NCBI GenBank assembly: GCA_023663345.1
Contig: JAMPHR010000001.1
Coordinates: 199,997 to 263,996, forward strand
Length of the DNA stretch: 64,000 nt
Reading direction: 5' to 3'
From: Paenibacillus sp.
GTDB lineage: Bacteria; Bacteroidota; Bacteroidia; Bacteroidales; Muribaculaceae
The notes under the pieces were generated by a model. The model had not been told where the DNA came from. It searched no databases and was given only the letters and a program-made list of their open reading frames with translations. Each line of letters starts with the position of its first letter. The first letter of the stretch is position 1. Shown piece by piece: positions 50,772-62,023 of this stretch. The position numbers and the translations under genes were made by a program.

Positions 50772-51665
50772 TTATAGGATCTGTTTCAATGCCTGAGGCA
50801 ATAGCGGCTTAGAGGGATCGAGAAGGATGACCGATGGGTCTTTGGATAGCCATAACAGCTGCTTTTTAGCATACACACGGGTGTTTTTCGCAATTCTCGG
50901 GATGGTAACCTCGCGTGGCATTGAGCCGTCCATCATGGCAAACAGCTCTTTATATCCTACCGTGTTGAGCGAGTTGAGATGACGGAGAGGATATACTCTA
51001 CGTGCTTCCTCTTCCATTCCGGCCTCAATCATGGCCTCGACGCGCATATTGATGCGGTTGAACAGGATATCGCGAGGGTGATTTATGGCGAGTTTGATGA
51101 TGCGGAACGGACGTTGCTTTACGGCGCCACTTCTCAGAGAGGAATAGGGGACGCCGGCTTGCAAGGTGATTTCGATGGCATGGACCAGACGGCGGTGGTT
51201 ATTGAGATCGCATGTGCTGAGATATTCCGGATCAAGATTACGCAGAGTGTCGATCAGAGCCGGTATTCCACCGTCGGTATATATTTTTAGTGCTTTATCA
51301 CGGATTTCGGGAGAAATTGTGGGCAGATTGTCGATCCCTTTCGTTACGGCATCAATGTACATCATAGATCCACCGCACATTACGGCATAGTCATTGTCTC
51401 TCCAGATGGAGTCGAGGATCTTTAACGCATCCTCCTCGAAACATGCGGCGCTATAATATTGGTCCAGGTCAAGACACTCGATGAGATGGTGGCGTACACG
51501 GGCAAGTTGATCGGCCGACGGAACTGCTGTCCCGATAGGTATGCCACGATAAATTTGCCGAGAGTCGGCCGACACGATTTCCGTGTGGAGGCTCTCGGCA
51601 ATTTCTATGGCTAAGTCAGTCTTACCGCTCCCTGTGGGACCGGTCACGATGACAAGTGTCTTCAT
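50772..51665 (-). CDS. miaA: tRNA dimethylallyltransferase
   Basis: [27 protein letters not shown]. Confidence 0.95.
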   Translation of the reverse strand: MKTLVIVTGPTGSGKTDLAIEIAESLHTEIVSADSRQIYRGIPIGTAVPSADQLARVRHHLIECLDLDQYYSAACFEEDALKILDSIWRDNDYAVMCGGSMMYIDAVTKGIDNLPTISPEIRDKALKIYTDGGIPALIDTLRNLDPEYLSTCDLNNHRRLVHAIEITLQAGVPYSSLRSGAVKQRPFRIIKLAINHPRDILFNRINMRVEAMIEAGMEEEARRVYPLRHLNSLNTVGYKELFAMMDGSMPREVTIPRIAKNTRVYAKKQLLWLSKDPSVILLDPSKPLLPQALKQIL

Positions 51666-52882
51666 TCTGCGGCTACGAGTCGGGCTATTTCCACTACTAC
51701 CTGAGTGGCTTTTTCCATCGAGGGAATGGGCACGAATTCATAGCGGCCGTGGAAGTTGAGTCCGCCAGCGAAAATGTTGGGGCAGGGTAGTCCCTTGAAC
51801 GAAAGCTGTGCGCCGTCGGTGCCTCCGCGTATAGGCTGGACCTTGGGGGTGACTCCAGCATCCTTCATGGCCTGGATGGCGGTGTCGATGATGTGCATCA
51901 CAGGCTCGATTTTCTCGCGCATGTTGTAGTACTGATCCTTGATCTCGATGGATGCGCATCCGGGGAACTCGTTGTTGATCTTGCGGGTGAGGTGTTCAAG
52001 CTCCTTTTTGCGGCGCTCGAAACGGTCGCGGTCATGGTCGCGTATAATATAGGTGAGCACTGTCTGTTCTACCGAGCCTTCGATTGATACGAGATGATAG
52101 AAGCCTTCGTATCCCTCGGTATGCTCGGGAGTTTCCCAGCGGGGAAGCATGATGACAAACTGATTGGCCACACGGATCGAGTTGAGCATCTTGTGCTTGG
52201 CATATCCTGGATGAACGTTGCAACCCTTGAATGTGACTTTAGCCACGGCGGCATTGAAGTTTTCAAATTCGAGTTCACCGATGGCACCGCCGTCCATGGT
52301 GTAAGCCCAGTCGGCGCCAAACAATGATACGTCAAACTTATGGGCTCCCTGTCCGATCTCCTCGTCGGGATTGAACGCTATGCGGATGTCGCCATGCTTT
52401 ATCTCGGGGTGTTGCTGCAGATAATCAACGGCAGTGATGATCTCGGCGATGCCGGCCTTGTCGTCAGCTCCGAGCAGAGTGGTGCCATCGGTAACAATGA
52501 GGTCCTGGCCCTTATAGTCGAGCAGTTCAGGGAACTGGGTCGGGGACAGCACGATGTTCTCAGAGGGGTTTAGCGTGATGTCGTCACCATCGTAACTCTG
52601 TACAATGCGGGGACACACATGGCGTCCGCTCATGTCGGGCGATGTGTCGAGGTGGGCAATGAAGCCGACGGTGGGCACCTTGCGGTCGGTATTGGAGGGA
52701 AGGGTGGCCATGAGATAGCCGTTATCGTCCAGGGTTATGTCCTTCAGACCCATAGCCTGAAGTTCTTTTTCCAGATGGCGGGCGAAAATCATTTGTCCCG
52801 GAGTCGACGGAGTCATATTGGTGAGCTCGTCGCTCTGGGTGTCAAACTTGACATATTGCAGAAATCGGTCTACGACAGTCAT
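51662..52882 (-). CDS. pepT: Peptidase T (tripeptidase)
   Basis: [26 protein letters not shown]. Confidence 0.97.
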   Translation of the reverse strand: MTVVDRFLQYVKFDTQSDELTNMTPSTPGQMIFARHLEKELQAMGLKDITLDDNGYLMATLPSNTDRKVPTVGFIAHLDTSPDMSGRHVCPRIVQSYDGDDITLNPSENIVLSPTQFPELLDYKGQDLIVTDGTTLLGADDKAGIAEIITAVDYLQQHPEIKHGDIRIAFNPDEEIGQGAHKFDVSLFGADWAYTMDGGAIGELEFENFNAAVAKVTFKGCNVHPGYAKHKMLNSIRVANQFVIMLPRWETPEHTEGYEGFYHLVSIEGSVEQTVLTYIIRDHDRDRFERRKKELEHLTRKINNEFPGCASIEIKDQYYNMREKIEPVMHIIDTAIQAMKDAGVTPKVQPIRGGTDGAQLSFKGLPCPNIFAGGLNFHGRYEFVPIPSMEKATQVVVEIARLVAAE

Positions 52883-52959
52883 GATAAGAGATTAAGTTGA
52901 GTGTGTAATTATTTGTGCAAAAGTAGCAAATTTACCGTCAAAATGCAACAATGCGCCTC

Positions 52960-54702
52960 TTATTTGTCATCATCACGGGATGGCCGGGAAGTTGTGACAG
53001 GGACGGGTGATTGATTGAAGTATTCCTTGAGGACCTCGGCCGAAATTTCAGGAGGAGTGTGCACGGCAAGTAACGCCGGATGATCGGATTCGGCAAAGAA
53101 GTCGGGTAGGGCGGATGAGAGTGCTTTCTCGTCATGTGCCTCAAAATATTTTATTCCGTAACCGGCACACAATTCCGGAAGCGGGAGCCGTGTCCCGACA
53201 GCGAAAAATTCCTCCCTTTCGGGCAACGTGGATGTGGCTCCGATGAAGCGGAATATCCCGCCTCCACCGTTGCACATTACGATCATCTTGAACCGTGGTG
53301 ATAACAGGGTAGACGAGAGTGCCGATATGTCATATTGGAAACTCATGTCACCGGATATCAGGAGAGTGATACCTTTATATATAACAGAGGCTCCCAGGGC
53401 GGTGGATGTGCATCCGTCGATACCGCTTACGCCACGGTTACATTCTGACCGGTGGATAGTGCGGCAGTCCATCAGTTGGGCATATCTTACAGGTGTGCCG
53501 TTGGAAAGATGCAGATTATATCGCCGTGGAATGTGCTGGAATATATAGCTCATGGCTCTAAGGTCGCTCCAAGGGGATGAAGCTACATATTTGTTGTGTA
53601 TTTCACCGGCACGTGTCACAGCCTTGTGCCAAAGCTCCGAATAGGAGGACGGGGAGCGGTGGGGCTGCAGGGCCGATGCCATCTGACCAAGGAATGTAGT
53701 GGCGTCGATATCCACACGTACTGTGAGATGTTTAAGGCAATCCACTGTGGTATGGCTTATGCCTATGTGCCAATGCTCAAGACCCGACATTCCGCGCAAC
53801 CATTCTTTTATGTGGCGCGAAACAATCGCCCCTCCGAGAGTTATCACCACATCGGGACGTATGAGCTTGCGGTCTTCGGATGAAAGGCGGCACAGGGTGG
53901 AGTCGATGCGGTTTATGAAAAGCGGGGAGTGGAGATTGGATATGCTCTCGGTCATAACCGCGATGTTGGGAAGTGAAGCAAGCTTTATGAGCGCACGGTT
54001 GAGCTTTTCATCGGGGGAATGGAATCCGGCGATGATCAGCACCTTTCTTGGCGATGCGAGGGGGAGAGCTATGCGTCTGGCTTCCGCGACCGGCAATTGG
54101 GATGATGATGAGAGCATGGAGATGGTACGCGCCGATCCACATTCGTAATCGTTCATGGTGTGGAGCGGAGCATCCAGCCTGATATTCATATGCACGGGGC
54201 CGGGACGTCCGTTCACAGCTTCGAGCAACGCATCGTTGATCATGCGGTCGGTCCACCATGGGCCATTCGGAAAATCTGCCCGGGCGGAAATGTCCCAGTG
54301 GCGTTTTACGTATGGTGAGAGCGCATTCTGTTGCCATATTGTCTGCGAGTCGTCCTGGTCGATCCATTCTTCAGGCCGGTCGGCTGATATGACAACCAAT
54401 GGCACATGCCTGTAAAACGCCTCCGCCACAGCCGGAGCATAATTGAGTAGTGCGGTTCCGCTTGTGCAAATAATGGCTACCGGCCGGCCTGACTGGATAC
54501 TCATGCCGAGAGCGATGAACGCGGCTGACCGCTCGTCGACAACGACATGACAATTTATCTCACTGCGCCTGCTTACGGCAATGATGAGTGGCGCATTGCG
54601 GCTTCCAGGTGAGATCACCGCGTCGGTGACTCCGTGGGCTATAAGCAGATCGGCGAGTATATTACAGGTGTTATGCGAGGTGGACAGCATGAATGGATAC
54701 AT
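52960..54702 (-). CDS. menD: SEPHCHC synthase MenD
   Basis: SPGSRNAP, DERSAAF, CTSGTA, NRGVSGIDG, GD..F. Confidence 0.96.
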   Translation of the reverse strand: MYPFMLSTSHNTCNILADLLIAHGVTDAVISPGSRNAPLIIAVSRRSEINCHVVVDERSAAFIALGMSIQSGRPVAIICTSGTALLNYAPAVAEAFYRHVPLVVISADRPEEWIDQDDSQTIWQQNALSPYVKRHWDISARADFPNGPWWTDRMINDALLEAVNGRPGPVHMNIRLDAPLHTMNDYECGSARTISMLSSSSQLPVAEARRIALPLASPRKVLIIAGFHSPDEKLNRALIKLASLPNIAVMTESISNLHSPLFINRIDSTLCRLSSEDRKLIRPDVVITLGGAIVSRHIKEWLRGMSGLEHWHIGISHTTVDCLKHLTVRVDIDATTFLGQMASALQPHRSPSSYSELWHKAVTRAGEIHNKYVASSPWSDLRAMSYIFQHIPRRYNLHLSNGTPVRYAQLMDCRTIHRSECNRGVSGIDGCTSTALGASVIYKGITLLISGDMSFQYDISALSSTLLSPRFKMIVMCNGGGGIFRFIGATSTLPEREEFFAVGTRLPLPELCAGYGIKYFEAHDEKALSSALPDFFAESDHPALLAVHTPPEISAEVLKEYFNQSPVPVTTSRPSRDDDK

Positions 54703-54772
54703 TTTATTGATACAAAATTAACCAAATTCGGCTATATTTGTTAATTTTGTATCATCAAAAATTCTTACCGCT

Positions 54773-55327
54773 ATGATTATCGCTTCACAAAAGCATAAAG
54801 AAAATATCGCCGAGTACCTTATCTATATGTGGCAGATCGAAGATATTATCAGGGCCAATGGCCTTGACATTGACCGCATAAAGGAGAATGTGATTGATCG
54901 GTTCAATCTCTCGCCGGCTCAAAGCAAGGAGATGGTGGAGTGGTACGAGTCATTGATTGACATGATGCGTAGAGAGGGTGTGGAGAAAAGCGGGCATCTG
55001 CAGCTCAACAAGAATGTGATAATCCAGCTTACCGATCTGCATCTCGCGTTGCTCAAGGATCCGAGATTCCCGGAATATACGGCCGAATTCTACAAGACTC
55101 TGCCATATATAGTGGAACTGCGTTCAAAGGCTGGCGAAAACCCGGCAGGTGAGCTTGAAACGTGTTTCAATGCTCTTTACGGAATGTTGATGCTCAGGCT
55201 TCAGGGCAAGGAGATTACTCCCGAGACAAAAGCGGCCTTGACGCAGATTTCTAAATTTATAGCCTTGCTTGCCCGCGATTACAACCTTGACAGGGAGGAT
55301 AAACTGTTTCCCAAGGATGATGAATGA
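54773..55327 (+). CDS. Conserved Bacteroidetes protein (DUF4924-like)
   Basis: ENIAEYLIYMWQIEDIIRA signature. Confidence 0.85.
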   Translation: MIIASQKHKENIAEYLIYMWQIEDIIRANGLDIDRIKENVIDRFNLSPAQSKEMVEWYESLIDMMRREGVEKSGHLQLNKNVIIQLTDLHLALLKDPRFPEYTAEFYKTLPYIVELRSKAGENPAGELETCFNALYGMLMLRLQGKEITPETKAALTQISKFIALLARDYNLDREDKLFPKDDE

Positions 55328-55375
55328 CACTCTGAGCGTGTCACGGGAAAATCAGAATTTATCTGGACAATAACG

Positions 55376-55430
55376 AACCTCGTATTCGGTTCAAGCTCAC
55401 TGGTGTGAGCCCGAGATAGAATGCGAGGTT
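55376..55430 (+). promoter_or_regulatory. Structured leader upstream of the SMR gene
   Basis: AACCTCGTATTC/GAATGCGAGGTT 12-bp stem enclosing GCTCAC-TGGT-GTGAGC. Confidence 0.4.
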
Positions 55431-55466
55431 TTCCTACGAACCTTGAGGCCCGAAATAGATAAAGAA

Positions 55467-55787
55467 ATGAATTGGATATTGTTATTTTTAGCAGGATTGA
55501 TGGAAGTGGGGTTCACATTCTGTCTCGGAAAGACCAAGACTGTCAGCGGTTCGGAACAATATTGGTGGTGGACCGGATTTGTGGTTGCGATGCTGGCGAG
55601 CCTATATTTCATGGCACGTGCATCACGCACTATACCTATCGGCACGGTTTATCCCGTATGGACCGGTATAGGGGCGGTAGGAGCTGTCCTTATCGGTATT
55701 TTGTGTTTTCATGAGCCTGCGTCATTCTGGCGTATATTTTTTATCACTACCTTGATTATTTCTATTGTAGGATTAAAAATGCTTTGA
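55467..55787 (+). CDS. sugE: SMR/DMT family efflux protein (SugE/Gdx-like)
   Basis: MNWILLFLAGLMEV, PIGTVYPVWTGIG, 4 TM. Confidence 0.85.
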   Translation: MNWILLFLAGLMEVGFTFCLGKTKTVSGSEQYWWWTGFVVAMLASLYFMARASRTIPIGTVYPVWTGIGAVGAVLIGILCFHEPASFWRIFFITTLIISIVGLKML

Positions 55788-55788
55788 T

Positions 55789-56280
55789 ATGATACACAGG
55801 ATGAGACGTATCAAGCAACAATTATCAGCCGAAGATGCTGTTTCGATTCTTGATTCGGGTACTAACGGCGTGTTGTCTCTGGTGGATGCCGATGGGATGC
55901 CCTACGGGGTCCCGATCAGTTATGTGTATGACGGATGTCATATATATTTTCATAGCGCCGTCTCGGGGCATAAGATCGATTGCATCAAGGCCAATCCGGC
56001 ATGTTCTTTCTGTGTAGTGGCTCAGGACCATATAGTATCGGAGGAATTTACTACGTATTTCCGTAGTGTGATAGTCGAGGGCCGGCTGAAGATACTTACC
56101 GATATGGATGAGATCCGTGAGGGACTATTGCTGTTGAGCGGGAAGTATTCACCGGGGGTGGATCCTACGGATGAGATAGCCAAGGGGCTTAACCATGTAA
56201 TTGTGTTCCGGCTTGATGTTGTAAATATTACCGGGAAGGAGTCCATTGAGCTGGTAAGAGCATCGAAAAAAGTGATCTGA
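55789..56280 (+). CDS. Nim-family (5-nitroimidazole reductase-like, pyridoxamine 5'-phosphate oxidase fold) protein
   Basis: MRR..Q.L, PYGVPISYVY, IYFHSA..GHK, EFTTYFRSVI, ITGKE.IEL. Confidence 0.85.
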   Translation: MIHRMRRIKQQLSAEDAVSILDSGTNGVLSLVDADGMPYGVPISYVYDGCHIYFHSAVSGHKIDCIKANPACSFCVVAQDHIVSEEFTTYFRSVIVEGRLKILTDMDEIREGLLLLSGKYSPGVDPTDEIAKGLNHVIVFRLDVVNITGKESIELVRASKKVI

Positions 56281-56307
56281 CAGAAGCGGATATGGTTGCT
56301 AATGATG

Positions 56308-57297
56308 CTACTCCTTTCCGAGCCATGATTGTAAAATGAGTTTGAAATCCGAGATCATCAGTGAAAAGTCATAACTGATTTTACGGTTCAGTCGCAAGGC
56401 AATCTGCTCAACGGCATGAATGAGATATTCGCTCAGCAATAGCTTTTGCTCGGAATGAGAAAGCTGGCTGAATTCTTTCTCCAGGACAATGTTGACTCGC
56501 GTTGTGCCTGAGTCTTTGTGGAACGGACAGTAGGTGTAACGGTTTCGGAGATAATAACCATTGTCATTAATCTCTTGCTCAGAATACATCTCGAGAAGTT
56601 TTGGATAGAAATCTTTTTGCCTCAGTTTGAGTGATTCATCAGCAATGATATAGTTGGTTTTGCAGTGATAATTGTCATAAAAGCTGAATGACAGGTTGAT
56701 CACTATCGAGTCTATCGCGGGTCCATACAGTTCAGGGCGCATGCCACGGTTGAGATCAGGAATAAGTTCCCCCTCAATGCTTTCTATCAGCGGTCTTGAG
56801 TTCTCATAGCAATTGGCGAGTCCCCTGATGATGCGAATAGGGTTCTTAGCAATCCAGTTACGCTGTTTGGTGATCGGGATGTTCTGGACTTTTCCAATCT
56901 GACCTCCAATCATAACCGATTCAGCCAATGTGTTTTCGGATGTTTCGTGGAATGTTGACAGGCTATAATCTATGGCAAAACCATCTTTGCGTTTCGACCA
57001 CACGGCATCGAAGAAACGTGGCTTGGCGTAACGGTTGATGAAATATGTTTCCGGATTTCCGTTAAACCACATTCCTCGTATAGCCTCCACTGGTTCATGC
57101 GTTCCCCAACCGATTATGGCGAGAGCCTCGCAAATCCTTACCGCGGTGTTCCATTCCTCCACATTGCGATATCGGGAGTATTTCAGGAACTCGGCATATA
57201 AATGTTCACGTATAGCATACCTGTCGGGCAAATCCGACAGGTATGCGCGTAATTCTTCAAGGTCTGATATCTCAAAGATTCTGATCATCGGCCACAT
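56308..57297 (-). CDS. Hypothetical protein
   Basis: 329-aa ORF in line with neighbouring minus-strand genes; no motif confidently recognised. Confidence 0.7.
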   Translation of the reverse strand: MWPMIRIFEISDLEELRAYLSDLPDRYAIREHLYAEFLKYSRYRNVEEWNTAVRICEALAIIGWGTHEPVEAIRGMWFNGNPETYFINRYAKPRFFDAVWSKRKDGFAIDYSLSTFHETSENTLAESVMIGGQIGKVQNIPITKQRNWIAKNPIRIIRGLANCYENSRPLIESIEGELIPDLNRGMRPELYGPAIDSIVINLSFSFYDNYHCKTNYIIADESLKLRQKDFYPKLLEMYSEQEINDNGYYLRNRYTYCPFHKDSGTTRVNIVLEKEFSQLSHSEQKLLLSEYLIHAVEQIALRLNRKISYDFSLMISDFKLILQSWLGKE

Positions 57298-57372
57298 TGG
57301 TGTTTATGATTCTGTCAAACTCTTTTTGATATAAGAAAGATTGTCGAGATGTGGGAATCGCCACGGATACAG

Positions 57373-57822
57373 TCATAATGTGATCTGATAAATCCTGGTC
57401 TTTTCACCCCAAGGATGATAACAATAGCCTATAAAATTGAAGCCAAACCTCTCGTAATAACCTATATCGGTACACAGGTTGAGGGTCTTGAATCCAAATG
57501 ATATAGCATCCTCTATAGCCCGGGTTATCAGTAATCTTCCAAAATCATTACCTCGGGAATCCTCTTCGATATATAGCGCCGCGAGCCAGGGGTACAGATC
57601 CATGCGTGAATTGAAATCGTTGGTGATCAATCCGGCGCATCCTATTATATTATTGTCGTCAACCAATAGATACCATTGAGGTAATGGATTGTCTGTGGCG
57701 ATACAATTGCGCAAGCAATCATCGTAGACAGCCATGGATTCTTCCGAGGCCCACTTGTCCTGAAAATAGGAAATGGCCTGCTCCAGATACTCGGGATTCT
57801 TGCGTAGTGAGATTATTTTCAT
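57373..57822 (-). CDS. GNAT N-acetyltransferase
   Basis: Start at MKIISL just after the DJ-1 stop; [11 protein letters not shown] motif A, YYERFGF. Confidence 0.88.
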   Translation of the reverse strand: MKIISLRKNPEYLEQAISYFQDKWASEESMAVYDDCLRNCIATDNPLPQWYLLVDDNNIIGCAGLITNDFNSRMDLYPWLAALYIEEDSRGNDFGRLLITRAIEDAISFGFKTLNLCTDIGYYERFGFNFIGYCYHPWGEKTRIYQITL

Positions 57823-57823
57823 G

Positions 57824-58435
57824 TCAGTTGTCGGAGAAAAGAGCACAGAATCCCTTTCGGTTAAACTGATAGTACATTTCGATACGTTCGGGGGTATCGT
57901 TTTCAAGAAGTAAAAGCAATTCCTTGGCAAATTCAAGTGTCGCTGATCCGTTGGCTGTTACTATCCGCTGATCCGAGACTGCTTGCTGATTCTGATACAT
58001 GGACTCATTGGTATAGTTGTGTCCGCCCCACTGCTTCAGTTGATCAATGCCGTTGCCTGTATGGGCCACGTGGTTTACAAATCCATGACGGGCCATATAT
58101 GAAGCGGCATTGCAGATAGCTCCGACAATCTTACCATTGGAGATCGCCTTGGAAACGATAGGGACAACACGGTCGGCAATAGGTGTCAGCCAGCCGAATC
58201 CGCCGATCAGCACCAGTGCCGCGTAATCTTCGGGCATTGTGTCGAAAGAATAATCCGGCAACATCCTGAATCCGCCACATGAAGATATAGGGTCGAGTGT
58301 AGGTGCTACAACCTTGTTTACGTATTTCGGATTCTCTTTCTTGGCAAAATCATCACATGTGATTGCTTGTGCAAGATACACCATTTCATGTTCCGCGAAA
58401 TCAGGGAGCAGGAGATATAGGATTTCGTTTTTCAT
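57824..58435 (-). CDS. DJ-1/PfpI (class I glutamine amidotransferase-like) protein
   Basis: LVLIGG, GAICNA nucleophile elbow, IVTANG; -7 element at 58477-58484. Confidence 0.9.
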   Translation of the reverse strand: MKNEILYLLLPDFAEHEMVYLAQAITCDDFAKKENPKYVNKVVAPTLDPISSCGGFRMLPDYSFDTMPEDYAALVLIGGFGWLTPIADRVVPIVSKAISNGKIVGAICNAASYMARHGFVNHVAHTGNGIDQLKQWGGHNYTNESMYQNQQAVSDQRIVTANGSATLEFAKELLLLLENDTPERIEMYYQFNRKGFCALFSDN

Positions 58436-58525
58436 TGTCGTTATTTTCGATATCTTGATATCGGCATTATTCCAAGCAAAGTTACAACAAAACATCGACA
58501 AAAAGAATTCCTGTTGCCCGGTATT

Positions 58526-60845
58526 TTAGAGCCTGCTCTTTTCGGAGTTGGCTGCGCCCTGTCCTCGAAATCGTGATCGTGCCGGATTGAAGTTGTAGCG
58601 TATTGTCAGGGATATGTCGTGGGTGTCATGGATCAGGTCTATTCTTGTAGCGCTTATGGCATCATACGATACGGTCAGCTGTCGGTCGGTATGGAACATG
58701 TCATTGAACTGGAGTTTCATGCTCCATGTGTCATTTCCGAACGACTTGTATATGCCGAGGTCGCAATTCCAGCGTCTCTTCACGTACAGGTTGTCACTTG
58801 ACCCTGACGTCCGGGCCGAAAAATCCAGATTAAGCCATATATCCATAGGCAGATGTATGGCATTGTTTAATCGGAATATACCCAACGGCTTGTTTAACTT
58901 CAGATCTAACCCGTTATGTACAATCCTGAAATCCTGAGCGACCACTCCGGCCATGAATACGGGTCGCCATATTCCGAAAAAACATGGAGAGTAATTTGCG
59001 AAGGCTTCAAATGAATTATAACGTGGCATATTTTCTATCTTCAGGAGTGTTGCATCGGGACATTCAGCGTAAGGAGTTGTCTGCCACATAAAATAGTTCT
59101 TTGTGGAGCAATAATTGACCTCCAAGATTACATCCCGCCATGAGCATGAAAGGGAAACATAATCCCGGTAAATAGGTTTAAGATTGGGGTTGCCTGATTC
59201 GTAATTGTACCTGTCGAGATATCTTATGGAGCTGCTCAGTTGTTCAAATGCCGGACGCGTGGTTTTGCGGACATACGAAAGTCTTGCCGATATATTGCCT
59301 ACAGGGAAGGATACTGATGCGCTCGGAGCAAGGTTGTGGTATTTGCGGCTTTGATCAGGCATCTTCTCGTTATAAATATAATATCGTGAATCGGTATATT
59401 CCCATCTAAGTCCGGCTGAGACCGAAATTTTACCGAAAGTCTGAGTAGTTTCCCAAAACAGTGCCGAGGTTGTTTCGCGGATTTCGGTATCATTGTCCGA
59501 AATATAGTCAGCATCTGTCATATACCTGTCTTTCCGGTTGATATCGCTAATCTCAACACCCATACACGTGGTGCCTCTCCATGTCGGGCGAGATGCTGAA
59601 ATATTCCCGGCAAGCATGCGGTTGCCGACATCATTAAATGTAGAGAAATTTCTGTCCGTATTCTTGGTTGATGACTCGCGCTCGGCAGTTCTTCGGTCAT
59701 TTATGTGCCATATAGCATCCAGGTTCACATCCAATAGCCATTTGCCGGACGTTCCGGTGTAGTATGCACTCAGCAGATGTTGCCTGTTATGCCGAGTGCT
59801 GAGGCCGGAATATTCCAGTTCATCCTCAAGAATTTTGTTTGATAGCCGATTAGTGAATGATCGGTTTGAGACGCTTGCCGGACGGAATGAGAAATCATAA
59901 TAAAAGCCTGCATATTTATTGCCAGAGTTGTAGTTAAGCCCTATTTTACCTTGATTCACCGGGTAACGTGCAAAATCCTTGCCCAGGCTATGTTGGATGA
60001 CCGTTTCCGGCTTGAGATATTTGATAGTGTTGCTGTCATATCTTGGCCGTTCCCGGTAATTCTCATAGTTCACCATCCCAAACAGGTCAATCCCATTTTT
60101 ACGCCAGTTCAGATTTACCTGCTCAAATAGATATACGTAATGCTTGTAGCCGATCGTGGTTCTGTCATTGAACGATAATCCCTCGCCGTCAGGTGTGATT
60201 GTGGTTATGCGGATGACTGAGTTGGCGGAAGAGGCATACCGGGCTCCAGGGGATGTCACGATATCCACACTTTTTATATCCGTCGAGGCCAATTGATTTA
60301 GCTCCGAAGTGTCGCGCACTTGCCGCCCGTTTATATAGACAAGTGGTGATCCCTTTCCGATGACTTCAAGATTTGATCCTGTCTTGGAGACAAATGGCAT
60401 TTTGCCGAGTAACTCAAAGGCGGTGCCGGTATTTGCGAGATAGGAGCCTGAGACCGCCACCTGTATTCCGTCGTTTTTAAGCCTGGTGACAGGACGGGAG
60501 GCTTTTACCGTAATTTCATCAAGTTGAAGTGTGGCAGGAACGAGAGCTATCGTACCGATATCTCCAATAGGGGCGCAGATGCTCTTGTCCTCAAAACCAA
60601 TAGCGGAGATGAGCAGGAATATACCTGACTTATGATCGTTGACAATTGAGAATTTTGCCGTCGGCATCAGTAACGGTTCCTGTGACAAAAGTGGAATCAT
60701 TGTCCGTCAGTAATGTGATGTTGGCAAATTCCAAGGGTGCTCCGGAGTCATCAGTTACGGCACCTGAGATGAAATTTTGCGCTGATAAAAGCATGTGGGA
60801 GTAGAGACAGAGCGCAAGCCCTGTCAGAAGAATTCGTAATGACAT
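58526..60845 (-). pseudogene. TonB-dependent-like outer-membrane beta-barrel protein with a +1 frameshift (pseudogene or sequence error)
   Basis: Signal peptide + CarboxypepD-like start (60630-60845) joins the barrel ORF (58526-60700) if one base of the run at 60653-60656 is removed (TDADGKFSIV); GNPNLKP, IRYNF barrel motifs. Confidence 0.8.
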
Positions 60846-60863
60846 GAGAATGTATTTTACTTA

Positions 60864-62021
60864 TTATAGTCCGCCAATCACTATCCAAAAGCCATACTGA
60901 TTCTTTTGCATGGCAAGATTATGACGTTTCTCTGTGCCGTCGGCCAATCGGAGTATGTAGGGCACAAATGTGGTATTTTCATTTCCTGAGACAAAGGATT
61001 TCCCCACTGATACAAGAATGGCTCCTCTGAGATCGTCTTCATACATGGAATCCAATAGATTAGGCAGGATTGCGGTATCGAGAACTGTCTTATCCCATGT
61101 TTCAAATGCTTTGAGAATTAATGAGGCGGCTTCAGTGGGATCTTGGATCACGAGTCCTGATAATGGGGTTGAGGTTACATCAATGAACTCTATGTCAGCC
61201 GGGAGTTCCATTATACTGGTTCCCGAAGGATTGTAAGAGATGGATGATATTCTCAGCACTTCAGTCTCTCGATTGTCATGCAAAACGCTTATTGACGCAG
61301 ATTTTAGATGTTTGGTGTCAGAATCAAATACATATCGGCGTATGTTCTCAGACTCTGAAATCGAAGCGTTCAGCATATATGGATTGCTGAAATCGCCTGA
61401 TGGCGAGGCATGTATTGTGAGGATTATTTCATCATTACGACATGTTATATTGTATTCGGCTTGTGGAGCGTCGGCGCATTGATGTAACTCTGATTCAAGG
61501 ATAGATGCGGGGGAAAGCAATGTCCTCAGATATCCGAGGATCTCGGTATTATTGTCATTGCCTGAGGACCATCCAATCTTTAATTCATCAATCCAATTAT
61601 ATGTCATGGAGCTATTTCCGACGGCCGTGCGTCCGCCTTTGTCGATACGCCATTGCAGGGTGGTATCGGTCCGCATTATGCCGATATGATGGCATACAAA
61701 ATCATCAGCGGGATTTATGTATTTGAAATTCTCCATAGGACGTGTTCTGATCTCGACAATCATGCTTATTCTGTCGGCATTGCGTAACGAAGCCATGGCC
61801 TCGCTTAATATTTCTTTGGCTGATAATCCTATTGGAATAAAAATCAATACAAATATTGCGGCCACGGCCATTGATATCCCGATACCCCAGCCCCATGCCA
61901 GAAATGAATTCTTTTTTGCATGAGAGATGAGGGTGGAGTCGATCCTGGCACGTAATTCTTCCGAAGCCATGAATTTACGGCGAGGCTTCAGGAGTTCTGT
62001 TAAGTCCTTATATTCTTCCAT
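60864..62021 (-). CDS. Single-pass membrane protein, putative anti-sigma factor
   Basis: Short cytoplasmic N-terminus, one TM, large periplasmic domain; 2 nt downstream of the ECF sigma gene. Confidence 0.65.
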   Translation of the reverse strand: MEEYKDLTELLKPRRKFMASEELRARIDSTLISHAKKNSFLAWGWGIGISMAVAAIFVLIFIPIGLSAKEILSEAMASLRNADRISMIVEIRTRPMENFKYINPADDFVCHHIGIMRTDTTLQWRIDKGGRTAVGNSSMTYNWIDELKIGWSSGNDNNTEILGYLRTLLSPASILESELHQCADAPQAEYNITCRNDEIILTIHASPSGDFSNPYMLNASISESENIRRYVFDSDTKHLKSASISVLHDNRETEVLRISSISYNPSGTSIMELPADIEFIDVTSTPLSGLVIQDPTEAASLILKAFETWDKTVLDTAILPNLLDSMYEDDLRGAILVSVGKSFVSGNENTTFVPYILRLADGTEKRHNLAMQKNQYGFWIVIGGL

Positions 62022-62023
62022 GG

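Noticed and set aside
57707-57714. TTGCGCAA inside the GNAT gene resembling the WYL box
   Set aside because: Intragenic, lacks the N5-spaced partner and the -7 element 9 nt downstream.
57823-57936. Extended GNAT N-terminus from the ORF track
   Set aside because: Overlaps the DJ-1 gene; the ATG at 57822 directly follows the DJ-1 stop.
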